From assembly GCA_036448795.1 (NCBI GenBank), contig JAZFXQ010000057.1, positions 1-52,932 on the forward strand: 52,932 bases of DNA. Reading direction: 5' to 3'. This document shows positions 7,918 to 16,773 of this stretch, one piece after another. Each line of letters opens with the position of its first letter. Position 1 is the first letter of the stretch. Under the pieces are notes generated by a model. That model was not told where the DNA came from. It worked only from the letters and a program-made list of their open reading frames with translations, and searched no databases. The DNA comes from Candidatus Margulisiibacteriota bacterium. GTDB lineage: Bacteria; Margulisbacteria; WOR-1; O2-12-FULL-45-9. Position numbers and translations under genes: made by a program.

Positions 7918-10605
7918 CTAGTTAACCAGATATCTTTGTCCGTAGATGGCTTTGCCTCCACTGGTGTAGTCTTCCCAGAAAATATAGAAACTGTTATCAG
8001 AAGAAGTTGCTAGGATTTTGGGGGCCCTTCCTCCATTTTTGCTTGAGATTTTGAATCCGTTTTCAACCCAAGCCGGCTTACCATCGCTCTTTATTTTCTG
8101 AATATAGAGCTCATAGTGTTTGCCGCTCCGGTAATCTTCCCAAGCAATTATGACACTCCCGTTTTTCCATGGGATAATTTGAGGAGCATATTGGGTATGA
8201 GGGATAAGCGCCACCGGGACCCCATCTTCTCCCCAGGGGAGCTTACCCGAGGGGTCTACTGCTGCAGCAAAAACATCCCAGTTCCCGTAACGATAATCTT
8301 CCCAGACCAGAATGGTTTTATTTCCGAATTTTGGATTCTGTTGGGTGCGGCTCAATTGGTTGAGAGGAATGCCGTCCCTCATCCAAATAGGTTGTCCGGA
8401 TTTATTTATGCGCTGGGCATAGATATCGTAACTCCCACCTCCCTTATCTGTCCAGGAGATGATTACTCCTCCTTCCCCATCTGAAATTAATTTGGGAGCA
8501 CGCTGGACATCCGGAGCCCCACAGACTAAAACACCCTCTTCATGCCAAAGGGCCTTCCCTTTGGCGTTTATTCTTTGGGTATAGATATCCGGATTTCTAT
8601 CTCCGCGGCGGTAGTCTGTCCAGGCTAAAATCGCTCCACCCGCTCCGTCCGGGAGCATGCTTGCATCAAGTTGGTTGCCATTTGCAGAAATGGCGATTTT
8701 GCCCTTTTTGCCCCACAGAAGCATTCCCTTTCCAGATACCCTCTGAGCGTAGATATCCTGAAGACTTAGGACGTCCCGATCATCCTGCCAGGCCACAATC
8801 GCCCCGCCCGCTCCGTCAGAAATCATAATCGGTTTGATCTGTCGGGATTTGACTTTTGCCAGTGAGAGGCTGCTTTCCCAGAGCTTTTTCCCCTTGGAAT
8901 CTAAGTGTTGTGCCCGAATGGAAGGAAATTCTTCAATGCGGCGATCTTCCCAGGCAATGATTGCTCCCCCCTTGCCATCCGGCACAATCTGCGGGTCAAA
9001 TTGATCGGCCGCGACTTTAGCAATCGCGATTCCATGACGTCCCCAGGCTAATTGCCCTGTCTTGTCTATTTTTTGCGCATAAATATTAAAAAAGCCAGAG
9101 CGGGCGTCTTCAAAAACTAAGATAATTTCCCCTTTACCATTCGGAATTAACTCAATGTTTTGCTGTACGACTGAACCATGCGCAGCGCAGACCACTACCC
9201 CAGATTTTTTCCAAAGAAGAGTTCCATCCGGTGAAATTTTTTGCGCGTATATATCATAGTTTCCAAAGCGGCTATCTTTCCAGGTCACAATTATATTTCC
9301 GGTTGGGGTTGAGGTAACTGCTGGTGATTCCTGTGCCAGACGATCTGAAATTATGAGAAGGCCACCCGTTTTCCAGAGAGGGGTGCCCGCACTGTTTATC
9401 TTTTGAGCAAAAAGGTCCGCTTTTCCTTTTCGGCTGTCCTCCCAAACCACAATCCAATCTTCGGTTTTTAATTTGACAATCTCTGGATTTCTTTGTTTGC
9501 CGAGCGATCTGCAGACCGGACGACCGTTATCCTGCCAGGCCACTCTTCCATCTTTAAAAATTCTTTGGGCATAAATATCGCTTTCTTCTGCCCGGTGGTC
9601 TGTCCAAACCAAAATTGTTCCCCCCGATCCATCCGGGGAGAGCTTTGGGTTTTCTTGTGAATAAGGATAAGAGCAAGCGCAAACCCCTTCCTTTTCCCAT
9701 TCAAGGTTTCCAGCCAGATCTATTTTTTGCGCATAGATATCGATGTTCCCTGAACGGGCATCGTTCCAGGCAATAATTGCGCCATTTTGAGTGGAAAGAA
9801 TGACCGGACGTTCTTGGTTAAGTTGAGCAGAACAGATTGGAATCCCATCCCTTTCCCAGAGGATCTTGCCAGAGGGATCAAGGTGCTGTGCAAAAATATT
9901 GTTGTCTGAGGAACTAATTCGGCCGTCGGCCCAAACGATAATTGCCCCTCCCTGGCCGTCGCTTGCGATTTTTGGATACCATTGCGTGCCGGGCGCAGTT
10001 GAAACCGGGATTCCATTTTCCTGCCAGAGGGGGTTTCCAGAGCCATCCAGTCTTTGGGCGTAGACATCTTCTCCTTTTTCGCTACGATAATCATGCCAGG
10101 TAACGAATGCCCCTCCCGCTCCGTCTGAAATTATTTCTGGGCCGAATTGTCCAGCGGTTGCCACGCAAACCGGGGTGCCGCCTTCACCCCAGAGCGTGTT
10201 TCCGGCATAGTTTATTTTCTGGGCAAAGACGTCTGAGTTTCCGTTTCTGTAATCCTGCCAGACAATGATAAGCCCCCCAGCGCCATCGCTGGTTATCTGC
10301 GGGAAGTTCTGGTTTCCAAAACGGGAGCAGGCACCTATCCCATCTTTTGCCCAAAGTAGCCGACCGGATTCATCGATCTTTTGAGCGAAGATATCATAAT
10401 AACCAGAACGACCATCTTCCCAGACAAGGATGTAATTCCCATGCCCATCACTAATAATTTTTGGATTTTGTTGTGGAGAATTGCCCGGAGTATCGTTGAT
10501 AAGTAATCCGTAAGTAGCCCAGAGGGCTTTGGGCTCTGCTGCATAAGCCGGCGCAATCAGAATTGAAACCAATGCAAAAATCAAGATGCATTTATGAATG
10601 TTCAT
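7918..10605 (-). CDS. secreted protein made of about 16 tandem ~53-aa repeats (beta-propeller-like), function unknown
   Basis: Signal peptide MNIHKCILIFALVSILIAPAYA|AEP, then repeats of the pattern P.I.SDG.GGAI.VW.D.R.G..DIYAQ.I...G..LW...G..V. The start ATG overlaps the smc stop (ATGA). Confidence 0.8.
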   Translation of the reverse strand: MNIHKCILIFALVSILIAPAYAAEPKALWATYGLLINDTPGNSPQQNPKIISDGHGNYILVWEDGRSGYYDIFAQKIDESGRLLWAKDGIGACSRFGNQNFPQITSDGAGGLIIVWQDYRNGNSDVFAQKINYAGNTLWGEGGTPVCVATAGQFGPEIISDGAGGAFVTWHDYRSEKGEDVYAQRLDGSGNPLWQENGIPVSTAPGTQWYPKIASDGQGGAIIVWADGRISSSDNNIFAQHLDPSGKILWERDGIPICSAQLNQERPVILSTQNGAIIAWNDARSGNIDIYAQKIDLAGNLEWEKEGVCACSYPYSQENPKLSPDGSGGTILVWTDHRAEESDIYAQRIFKDGRVAWQDNGRPVCRSLGKQRNPEIVKLKTEDWIVVWEDSRKGKADLFAQKINSAGTPLWKTGGLLIISDRLAQESPAVTSTPTGNIIVTWKDSRFGNYDIYAQKISPDGTLLWKKSGVVVCAAHGSVVQQNIELIPNGKGEIILVFEDARSGFFNIYAQKIDKTGQLAWGRHGIAIAKVAADQFDPQIVPDGKGGAIIAWEDRRIEEFPSIRAQHLDSKGKKLWESSLSLAKVKSRQIKPIMISDGAGGAIVAWQDDRDVLSLQDIYAQRVSGKGMLLWGKKGKIAISANGNQLDASMLPDGAGGAILAWTDYRRGDRNPDIYTQRINAKGKALWHEEGVLVCGAPDVQRAPKLISDGEGGVIISWTDKGGGSYDIYAQRINKSGQPIWMRDGIPLNQLSRTQQNPKFGNKTILVWEDYRYGNWDVFAAAVDPSGKLPWGEDGVPVALIPHTQYAPQIIPWKNGSVIIAWEDYRSGKHYELYIQKIKSDGKPAWVENGFKISSKNGGRAPKILATSSDNSFYIFWEDYTSGGKAIYGQRYLVN

Positions 10606-12842
10606 GTTACAGCCTCAGCCAGTTTCATAGAGATTACTTTTGAAACCCCCGGTTCTTCCATGGTAATGCCGTAGATGTTGTTTGCTACAGCCATGGTGCA
10701 TTTGTTATGAGTGATTACAATGATTTGGCTTTGTGAGGAGAAATCCTTGAGCATTTCTGCAAAACGGCCGATGTTGGCATCGTCTAGGGCAGCGTCAACC
10801 TCATCCAGAAAACAAAAAGGGCTTGGCCGAATTTTTAGTAGAGAAAAGAGAATAGCAATGGCCGAAAGAGATCTTTCTCCACCGGAGAGAAGGGGGAGCG
10901 GAAGCCACTTTCGGCCCGAAGGCCTGACAGAAATTTCGATTTCTGCTTCGAGAGGCGGGGCTTCCGGAGAAAGGGAGATCTTGGCTTCTCCGCCCTGGAA
11001 GAGCTTGGAAAAGATTTCTGAAAAAATCGAAGAGAGCTGTCGCATGGTATCTAAAAAGGCTTGTTCGGCTTTAAGATCGAGTTCCGTGATTAAGCTGCGC
11101 AGGTTTTCGCGCGCACCATTTAGATCTTCTAGCTGTGCCTCAATAAAGGAAAGCCTCTCTTTCCCTTTTTCAAACTCTTCGATAGCCAGGAGGTTCACCG
11201 GCTCCAGCGATCGAAGCTTTGACTTCATTTCTTCCACTTCTTTTTTTGCCTTTGAGGTGTTTGATGCCGTATAAGCAGAGGCCAGGGCTTCTTCCATGCT
11301 CAGATTGTATTCCAGAGAAAGCTTTTCGCTTATGGTATTCGTTTCCCCTTCCAGTTTAGCCAGGGCGATTTCAAGGGAAGATTCTTCGGTCAGGGCCTTT
11401 CGTTCGGCCTGACCCTCGGTTCTCACCTTTTCTTCCAGAGCCGAGATCTTTTGGGAAATCTCTTCTTTTTCCTGCCTCTTCTGAGCAAGGATAAAAGCTG
11501 CGGTTTGCTTGGTCTTGGCTTCTTCAACCTTCTCGGTCAGATTTTCAAGCTGGGAACAGTAGGCCTGCAGGGCAAATTCGACCTTTCCCTTTTCCTCGAG
11601 AACTTTCTTCCCTTCTTCCTCAAGCAGTTCCAGTTTTAGCCGATAGGTTTCTTCTTTCTCAGTCGAGTGACCAAGGCTAAGGATGAGCTTGCTTTCCTTT
11701 CCCAAGGAGGAAAGGATGGAGGCCAGTATTTCAATTAATTCTGCGGATTGTTTAAGGATTCTTTCGAAAAATTCTGCGAGCGGAATCTCGGCAAGGTCCA
11801 ACCCTTTTTTTTCCTGCTCCAGATCAGATCTTATTGCAACAATTTTTTCCTGCATTTTCTTTTCTTTTTCCTGAAGGCCGCTTAAGAATTTCTCTTCCCG
11901 CTCGGTTTCACTTTTGACAAAGCGCTGGTCGAGTTCGATGTCGCGCAAGCGATCTTTCTCTTCGTCAAGCTTGACCAGCCGCTCATCAATTTCATGGTCG
12001 ATTTTTCGGTGGACCTCTTTGAGCATCAGCAGCTCTTGGGAATCTTTTTCTTCAGTTTCTTTCTGAGCTAAGCTTTCTTTTTTTATCTTTTCCAATTCCT
12101 CAGTCAATTTATTTTTCTTTTCTAAAATTTGTTCAAGCACTCGCCGGCTCAGGCCGATCTCCAGCTCTTTTAGATGGGATTGGATTTCAAGATATTGCTT
12201 GGCTTTTCGGGCCTGTTCTTCCAAAGTAAGAAGCTGCTCGTTAACCTCGATTTTTAAATCGCTGATACGTAAAATGTTCTGTTCCGCGGCAATCAGCTTC
12301 TTTTCGGCTGCCAGTTTTCTGGTCTTATACTTATTGATTCCGGCCGCTTCTTCAAAAACCGCTCTTCTCTCTTCTCCCTTGCTGGAAAGTATGGCATCCA
12401 CCTGCCCTTGGGTGATGATGGAGTAAGTTCCCTCGCCCAGCCCGGTATCCAAAAGGAGATCCTTGATATCTTTTAAGCGGCATTGGTTTTTGTTGATGAA
12501 GAATTCGCTCTCTCCTTCGCGAAAAGTTCGGCGTTTGATCGAAACTTCGGTAAAAGGGACCGGAAGTTTTCCGGCCGAGTTGTCGAAAACTAGCGCTACT
12601 TCAGCCAAAGAGAGGGGTTTTCGAGAGGAAGTCCCGGCAAAGATGATATTTGAGAGATTGGCCACCCTGAGCTGGCGGGGATTGTCTTCTCCCAAAACCC
12701 AGCGCGTGGCATCCAGCAGATTGCTTTTGCCGCAGCCATTTGGACCAACGATGGCCGTAATCCGAGCATCTTCCGAAAATTCAATTTCGGTTGAATCGGT
12801 AAAGGTTTTGAAACCCCGCAGAATTAGGGATTTTAGAAACAC
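10602..12842 (-). CDS. smc: SMC-type chromosome condensation ATPase, unusually short (746 aa), with no recognisable hinge
   Basis: N-terminal head MFLKSLILRGFKTF..GPNGCGKSN..RWVLGE. C-terminal head has LSGGERSL (signature) and FCFLDEVDAALD (Walker B). Heptad-rich Glu/Lys arms lie between the heads. Confidence 0.8.
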   Translation of the reverse strand: MFLKSLILRGFKTFTDSTEIEFSEDARITAIVGPNGCGKSNLLDATRWVLGEDNPRQLRVANLSNIIFAGTSSRKPLSLAEVALVFDNSAGKLPVPFTEVSIKRRTFREGESEFFINKNQCRLKDIKDLLLDTGLGEGTYSIITQGQVDAILSSKGEERRAVFEEAAGINKYKTRKLAAEKKLIAAEQNILRISDLKIEVNEQLLTLEEQARKAKQYLEIQSHLKELEIGLSRRVLEQILEKKNKLTEELEKIKKESLAQKETEEKDSQELLMLKEVHRKIDHEIDERLVKLDEEKDRLRDIELDQRFVKSETEREEKFLSGLQEKEKKMQEKIVAIRSDLEQEKKGLDLAEIPLAEFFERILKQSAELIEILASILSSLGKESKLILSLGHSTEKEETYRLKLELLEEEGKKVLEEKGKVEFALQAYCSQLENLTEKVEEAKTKQTAAFILAQKRQEKEEISQKISALEEKVRTEGQAERKALTEESSLEIALAKLEGETNTISEKLSLEYNLSMEEALASAYTASNTSKAKKEVEEMKSKLRSLEPVNLLAIEEFEKGKERLSFIEAQLEDLNGARENLRSLITELDLKAEQAFLDTMRQLSSIFSEIFSKLFQGGEAKISLSPEAPPLEAEIEISVRPSGRKWLPLPLLSGGERSLSAIAILFSLLKIRPSPFCFLDEVDAALDDANIGRFAEMLKDFSSQSQIIVITHNKCTMAVANNIYGITMEEPGVSKVISMKLAEAVT

Positions 12843-12917
12843 CTTGCATTAATAATAACATAAAGCGAGCCTGAGCATCAACCCAGCAGCATAGTGGTGC
12901 TGGGTCAACTAAAGCAT

Positions 12918-12945
12918 TTGCATCTAAAAGGGAGTGTGTTAAAAT
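12918..12945 (+). promoter_or_regulatory. promoter with extended -10 for the SLH envelope operon (leaderless candidate)
   Basis: TTGCAT (12918-12923), a 16-nt spacer, then TGtTAAAAT (12937-12945). The ATG at 12954 lies 8 nt downstream with no SD. Confidence 0.45.
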
Positions 12946-12953
12946 AACGCAAA

Positions 12954-14201
12954 ATGAGGAAGATTTTAGTTTCGCTACTCCTGCTTTTATTTTTTACCTC
13001 TCTGGTGAAAGCTGGGATTTTTATCTCTGAACCTAAAGATAAGTTGATCACCTTTAACGAAGTTGTGATGCTGCGTGGGGCGTCAAAAGAATTAGATATT
13101 CTCAAGGTTAATGGGCAAAAAATAAAATTTGAGCCGGACGGATCTTTTTCCTGCGGTCTGGTTCTGAAACCCGGCAAGAACTATGTCGAAGTGCGGGCCC
13201 TGGATAAAGACAAGAATCATTTTGTCAAGAAAATCCGTATTTTAAGGCTAAAGACCTATCCGGACATGGAAATCCTCTATGATGGAAAAAAGCATTGGGC
13301 GCGCAACCAAGTTATATATCTTTCCAGTCTGGGATTTATTGAAGGGTATCCCGATAACTATTTTTTCCCGGGGAATCCGATAACCCGGGGGGAATTTGCC
13401 ACTTGGATCGCTCGCATAAAGGGGTTCAAGATACCGATTTTGACCGAGGATGTGTTTTTTGATGTTCCGAAAGAACACTGGAGAGCCCCTTATATTAAGG
13501 TGGTCGTGGATGCCGGCTTTTTGAGCGGCTATACTAATGAGACTTTTGGGATTGATGATCCCATTTCTCGCCGCGAAGCCGCGCAGGTTACGGTGGTCAC
13601 CGAAGGTCTCAGTGTGGGTGAGAAAATAAGGTCATTCTTTATCGATGTCCCAAGGGAGGAAGAGGGAGCTACCCCGATTTATGTTGCAGGCGAAAAAGGA
13701 TTGGTAAAGGGGGTTTATGAAAACATCCCGGTTTATGATCCAGATCGAGCTTTGACTCGAGCAGAAGCGGCGGTGTTGCTGGCTAGATTCGCGCGTCCGA
13801 TTAACAGCATACGCTACTTATTTGATTTTGGGAGGGGTTTTTCAGAAGTAAATTATTGCAGTCTGAATGTTCCTCCGGAGGTTGTTTATTTTTGGACTGA
13901 ACCCGGCAGAATACGCCGCGCAGAAAGGACAACGGTTAGAGTGCGGGCGCAAATTGCTTCGCGGGAAAGGTTCCTGCCTATTTCCACCGTTAAGGTTAAC
14001 CTGTCGGAGGTTGGGGGAGTACCCGACACCAAGATGTTTGATGATGGTACCCACGGAGATGAGGAAAAAAATGATCTTATTTATTCGCTCAATCTTTCTC
14101 TGGAACCTAAAGTGAGTGGGGCCAAAGTTCTAATAGTTACTGCGGTTGACCAGTTAGGGTGGGAAGGCAAAAGGCAAACCTCGCTGTTGATAGTCGAATG
14201 A
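12954..14201 (+). CDS. secreted SLH-domain protein with Ig-like domains
   Basis: Signal peptide, an N-terminal Ig-like segment, three SLH repeats (FFPGNPITRGEFATWIARI; FFDVPKEHWRAPYIKVVVDAGF; DPDRALTRAEAAVLLARF), and a C-terminal Ig-like domain with DDGTHGDE. Confidence 0.8.
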   Translation: MRKILVSLLLLLFFTSLVKAGIFISEPKDKLITFNEVVMLRGASKELDILKVNGQKIKFEPDGSFSCGLVLKPGKNYVEVRALDKDKNHFVKKIRILRLKTYPDMEILYDGKKHWARNQVIYLSSLGFIEGYPDNYFFPGNPITRGEFATWIARIKGFKIPILTEDVFFDVPKEHWRAPYIKVVVDAGFLSGYTNETFGIDDPISRREAAQVTVVTEGLSVGEKIRSFFIDVPREEEGATPIYVAGEKGLVKGVYENIPVYDPDRALTRAEAAVLLARFARPINSIRYLFDFGRGFSEVNYCSLNVPPEVVYFWTEPGRIRRAERTTVRVRAQIASRERFLPISTVKVNLSEVGGVPDTKMFDDGTHGDEEKNDLIYSLNLSLEPKVSGAKVLIVTAVDQLGWEGKRQTSLLIVE

Positions 14202-15832
14202 TGAGAAACCAACTAATTTTCATATTTATTTTGTCATTTGTCATTCTGGCGCTGCCTACCCATGCTCAATTGGGAGGGCTGGGGATTAATCCTTTTGACA
14301 TCGAGATCGGAAGTAGGCCGCTTGGAATGGGAGGGGCTTTTGCCGGCTTGGCGGATGATATGAATGCGGCCTTTTACAATCCGGGCGGGCTGGCTTGGGC
14401 AAAAGGGATTTCACTCAGCCTAAAAGATTTTGGGAATATTTCAGCAGTTCAAGCTTATCCCACTGGGTTTGGTTCCTCTCTTGGATTAGCAGTTATTACA
14501 AGTAAAATTTCGAATATTCCAATTCCCGCAGGTTCTGCTAATTCCAATAGTAATATCATCAGCCTCTCCTATGGGACAAAGCTGACCTTTTTGCCCGGCC
14601 TTTATAAAAGGCCTTTTTTTCAGCGCCTGGGGTTGGGCTTGAATATAAAAGGGTTGATGGGGCAGACTTTGAGGAGGACCGATGAGCCGGATCGCTCAGC
14701 AACCGGCTGGGACATGGATGTGGGGGTATTGTGGAAGGGAGAAGAATGGTGGTCAGCGGGGGTATCTTTGCAGAATATTCTTCCAGCCAAAACCTTAGGG
14801 GGAGGGATAATCAAGTGGGATGTTGGCGAGGAGGAAGGGATTCCAGCTGTTGGGAAGTTATCGGCTTCGGCTCGGTTAATCGGAGATATTGGTTCACCCA
14901 TTTTTATGGAAGGGAGAGAACTGCTTTTGGGTGGCGAGCTCGATTTTTCCAGGAATCGACCGATGCTGCTGCGTCTGGGAGCGGAGTGGAATTTTGCAAA
15001 AAGATATTATTTTAGAACAGGTTTCATGCAGCAGTATCAAAAAATCGGAATTTCTTCTGATATAAATTTTGGAATGGGTCTCCGTTTTGAGAGATGGGGA
15101 CTTGATTTTGTGAGTTACAGAGAACCCATTCAGGACGAACGCTTTTTCTGCGCCTCATTTCTTTATTTTCCCAAGGAATGGATAGTGGTTAGAAAACTGG
15201 ATGTTGAGAAGCCGGCGGTTATGATCGAGAGACCGATCGAGATGATTTCCCTTGAGGATAATATTGTTACTTATGATGATAAGATCGAGGTTTTTGGCAA
15301 GGTCAAGCCGGGTGTGGAGGTTTATATAAACGGTTTAAGGGCTTCCTTGGGTCCGGACAATTCCTTTAAGACCGTGGTTCCCCTGCGCCTGAAGAAGAAT
15401 CTGATTGTAGTAGAGGCGCGCTACGAGGGCGAGAAGAAAGTGTGGAAATATAAGGTGCTCAGGAAGGCCAGGGTGAAGATTGCTGATGAGGAAAGGGTTA
15501 AGGATTTGGAAGAGAAAAAAGAGGCGGTGGAGTCTTTGGTTACCATGGGTGTGATCGAAATAACTCCTGAGGCAGAATTTGTAATGGAGGCCGGGGTCAC
15601 CCGAGGAGAGCTTTCGAGCTGGCTGGTAAAGGCTTCAGATATGAAACTGCCGGAGGTCAAAAAAGACCTTTTTGCAGACGTTCCCAAAGAACATCTCTTG
15701 GCTCCCTATATCAAGGTTGTTACTGATTTAAAGTTGTTGCTCCCCTTCCCAGACGGGACTTTTCGGCCGGGAGCAGTTGTTTCTAAGGAAGAGGGAGATG
15801 CGATTTTTGCGAAGTTTGGAGTAGCCAGATGA
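14198..15832 (+). CDS. outer-membrane beta-barrel-like protein (PorV/FadL-like N-terminus) with Ig-like domain and C-terminal SLH domain
   Basis: I chose the start at ATG 14198, which forms an ATGA overlap with the upstream stop. Signal peptide ..LALPTHA|Q. GSRPLGMGGAFAGLADDMNAAFYNPGGLA is followed by alternating barrel-like strands. The C-terminal FADVPKEHLLAPYIKVV..FPDGTFRP is an SLH repeat. Confidence 0.72.
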   Translation: MMRNQLIFIFILSFVILALPTHAQLGGLGINPFDIEIGSRPLGMGGAFAGLADDMNAAFYNPGGLAWAKGISLSLKDFGNISAVQAYPTGFGSSLGLAVITSKISNIPIPAGSANSNSNIISLSYGTKLTFLPGLYKRPFFQRLGLGLNIKGLMGQTLRRTDEPDRSATGWDMDVGVLWKGEEWWSAGVSLQNILPAKTLGGGIIKWDVGEEEGIPAVGKLSASARLIGDIGSPIFMEGRELLLGGELDFSRNRPMLLRLGAEWNFAKRYYFRTGFMQQYQKIGISSDINFGMGLRFERWGLDFVSYREPIQDERFFCASFLYFPKEWIVVRKLDVEKPAVMIERPIEMISLEDNIVTYDDKIEVFGKVKPGVEVYINGLRASLGPDNSFKTVVPLRLKKNLIVVEARYEGEKKVWKYKVLRKARVKIADEERVKDLEEKKEAVESLVTMGVIEITPEAEFVMEAGVTRGELSSWLVKASDMKLPEVKKDLFADVPKEHLLAPYIKVVTDLKLLLPFPDGTFRPGAVVSKEEGDAIFAKFGVAR

Positions 15833-16773
15833 AAATCCGAAGTCCGAAATCCGAATATCGAAATAAATCCAAAATCCCAATTTCCAAACTGGTCATTGCA
15901 GTCTTGGTCATTATTTCATCATTCTGGCTTGGTCATTGGTTATTGGTTGCGCCAGCATATGCGCAGAAAAAGGCGGAAGCCGAGGAAAAGCTAACGAAGG
16001 GCGAGGCGGTCATGTACATTTCGGCCACGGATTTCATGAAGAAGAAGATCGGGGAGCTCCTTTCTTGGACCATCGGCTATGATATCTCTAAGGTGAGCCG
16101 CATAAAACTCACCCCAACCATTAATTATGTCATGGCTATTCCGAAAAGGGTTCCACCGGATGGAAGGACCATCCTTGAAATCGTGGCTTCAGTGGATAAT
16201 CCGGGAGGTCTGAAAAATATTGCGGGGGTCAGAGCAGACTTAAGCTCTATCGGACGGCTTCCGAATACCATGCTTGTGGATAATGGTCTCTTTGGTGATA
16301 AAAAAGCATCTGACGGCATTTATACTTTGCAAACTAGTGCTTCCCCAAAGATTGAACATGGAGTGAAGGAGGTGCCGGTAGCAGTTGCCAACAAAAAGGG
16401 ATGGCTGGCCCTTGCCAAAACAACCTTGGATATTAGAGTGAATCCGGTTATAATTGAGGCAAGGTTTGCGCCAGATAAGGCACGTGCTGGGAGCTCTGCT
16501 CCGGTTACCCTTACGATTAGGATTGACAATCCGGGAAGAATTGAGGACTTGAAGAAGGTCACAGCGGATTTAAGATCTTTCGGGTATACCGAGCTGGCGT
16601 TGTTGCGAAACGATGGCCGGGGAGGGGATGCAGTGGCTGGAGACGATATTTTTACTTTGCGATTTGTGGTGCCTGAGTTTGTGAGCGAGGGGGAATATAA
16701 CATAAGGGTGGGAGCTTCAAACCTGGCTGGGGGTTACGGATTTGCAGATGTTGTTTTGAGGGTTTATAGATAA
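15829..16773 (+). CDS. signal-anchored surface protein with two Ig-like domains, function unknown
   Basis: ATGA overlap with the upstream stop. N-terminus MKIRSPKSEYRNKSKIPISKLVIAVLVIISSFWLGHWLLVAPAYA|Q. Two repeats contain ADLSSIG..DNGLFGDKKASDGIYTL and ADLRSFG..NDGRGGDAVAGDDIFTL. Confidence 0.65.
   Translation: MKIRSPKSEYRNKSKIPISKLVIAVLVIISSFWLGHWLLVAPAYAQKKAEAEEKLTKGEAVMYISATDFMKKKIGELLSWTIGYDISKVSRIKLTPTINYVMAIPKRVPPDGRTILEIVASVDNPGGLKNIAGVRADLSSIGRLPNTMLVDNGLFGDKKASDGIYTLQTSASPKIEHGVKEVPVAVANKKGWLALAKTTLDIRVNPVIIEARFAPDKARAGSSAPVTLTIRIDNPGRIEDLKKVTADLRSFGYTELALLRNDGRGGDAVAGDDIFTLRFVVPEFVSEGEYNIRVGASNLAGGYGFADVVLRVYR
15833..15949 (+). repeat. two degenerate heptanucleotide arrays (AAATCCG-type, then TTGGTCA-type) encoding the N-terminal signal anchor
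   Basis: First array, 15833-15860: aaatccg aagtccg aaatccg aatatcg. Continuation, 15865-15885: aaatcca aaatccc aatttcc. TTGGTCA-type units: ctggtca at 15889, ttggtca at 15904, and ttggtca ttggtta ttggttg at 15929-15949. Confidence 0.7.

Noticed and set aside
12884-12908. Small hairpin (ACCCAGCA..TGCTGGGT) in the smc/SLH divergent intergenic region as an ncRNA or terminator
   Set aside because: It has an 8-bp stem with no U-run, it lies between two divergent starts, and I saw no second copy. This is insufficient evidence for any function.
13330-13357. Seventh sigma28-like match, TGGGATTT-N12-CCCGATAA, with the correct 12-nt spacing
   Set aside because: It is inside the SLH protein CDS, in codons for the conserved GFIEGYPDN repeat. 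It has two mismatches in the -35-like half and lacks the downstream A/T run and GAGAG. I kept it only as a weak internal-promoter candidate.
15833-15949. Short repeat arrays (also 21903, 32242, 40925) as CRISPR or minisatellite artefacts
   Set aside because: The units are 7 nt with no spacers, and no cas genes are present. Three of the arrays are in-frame parts of otherwise intact genes.
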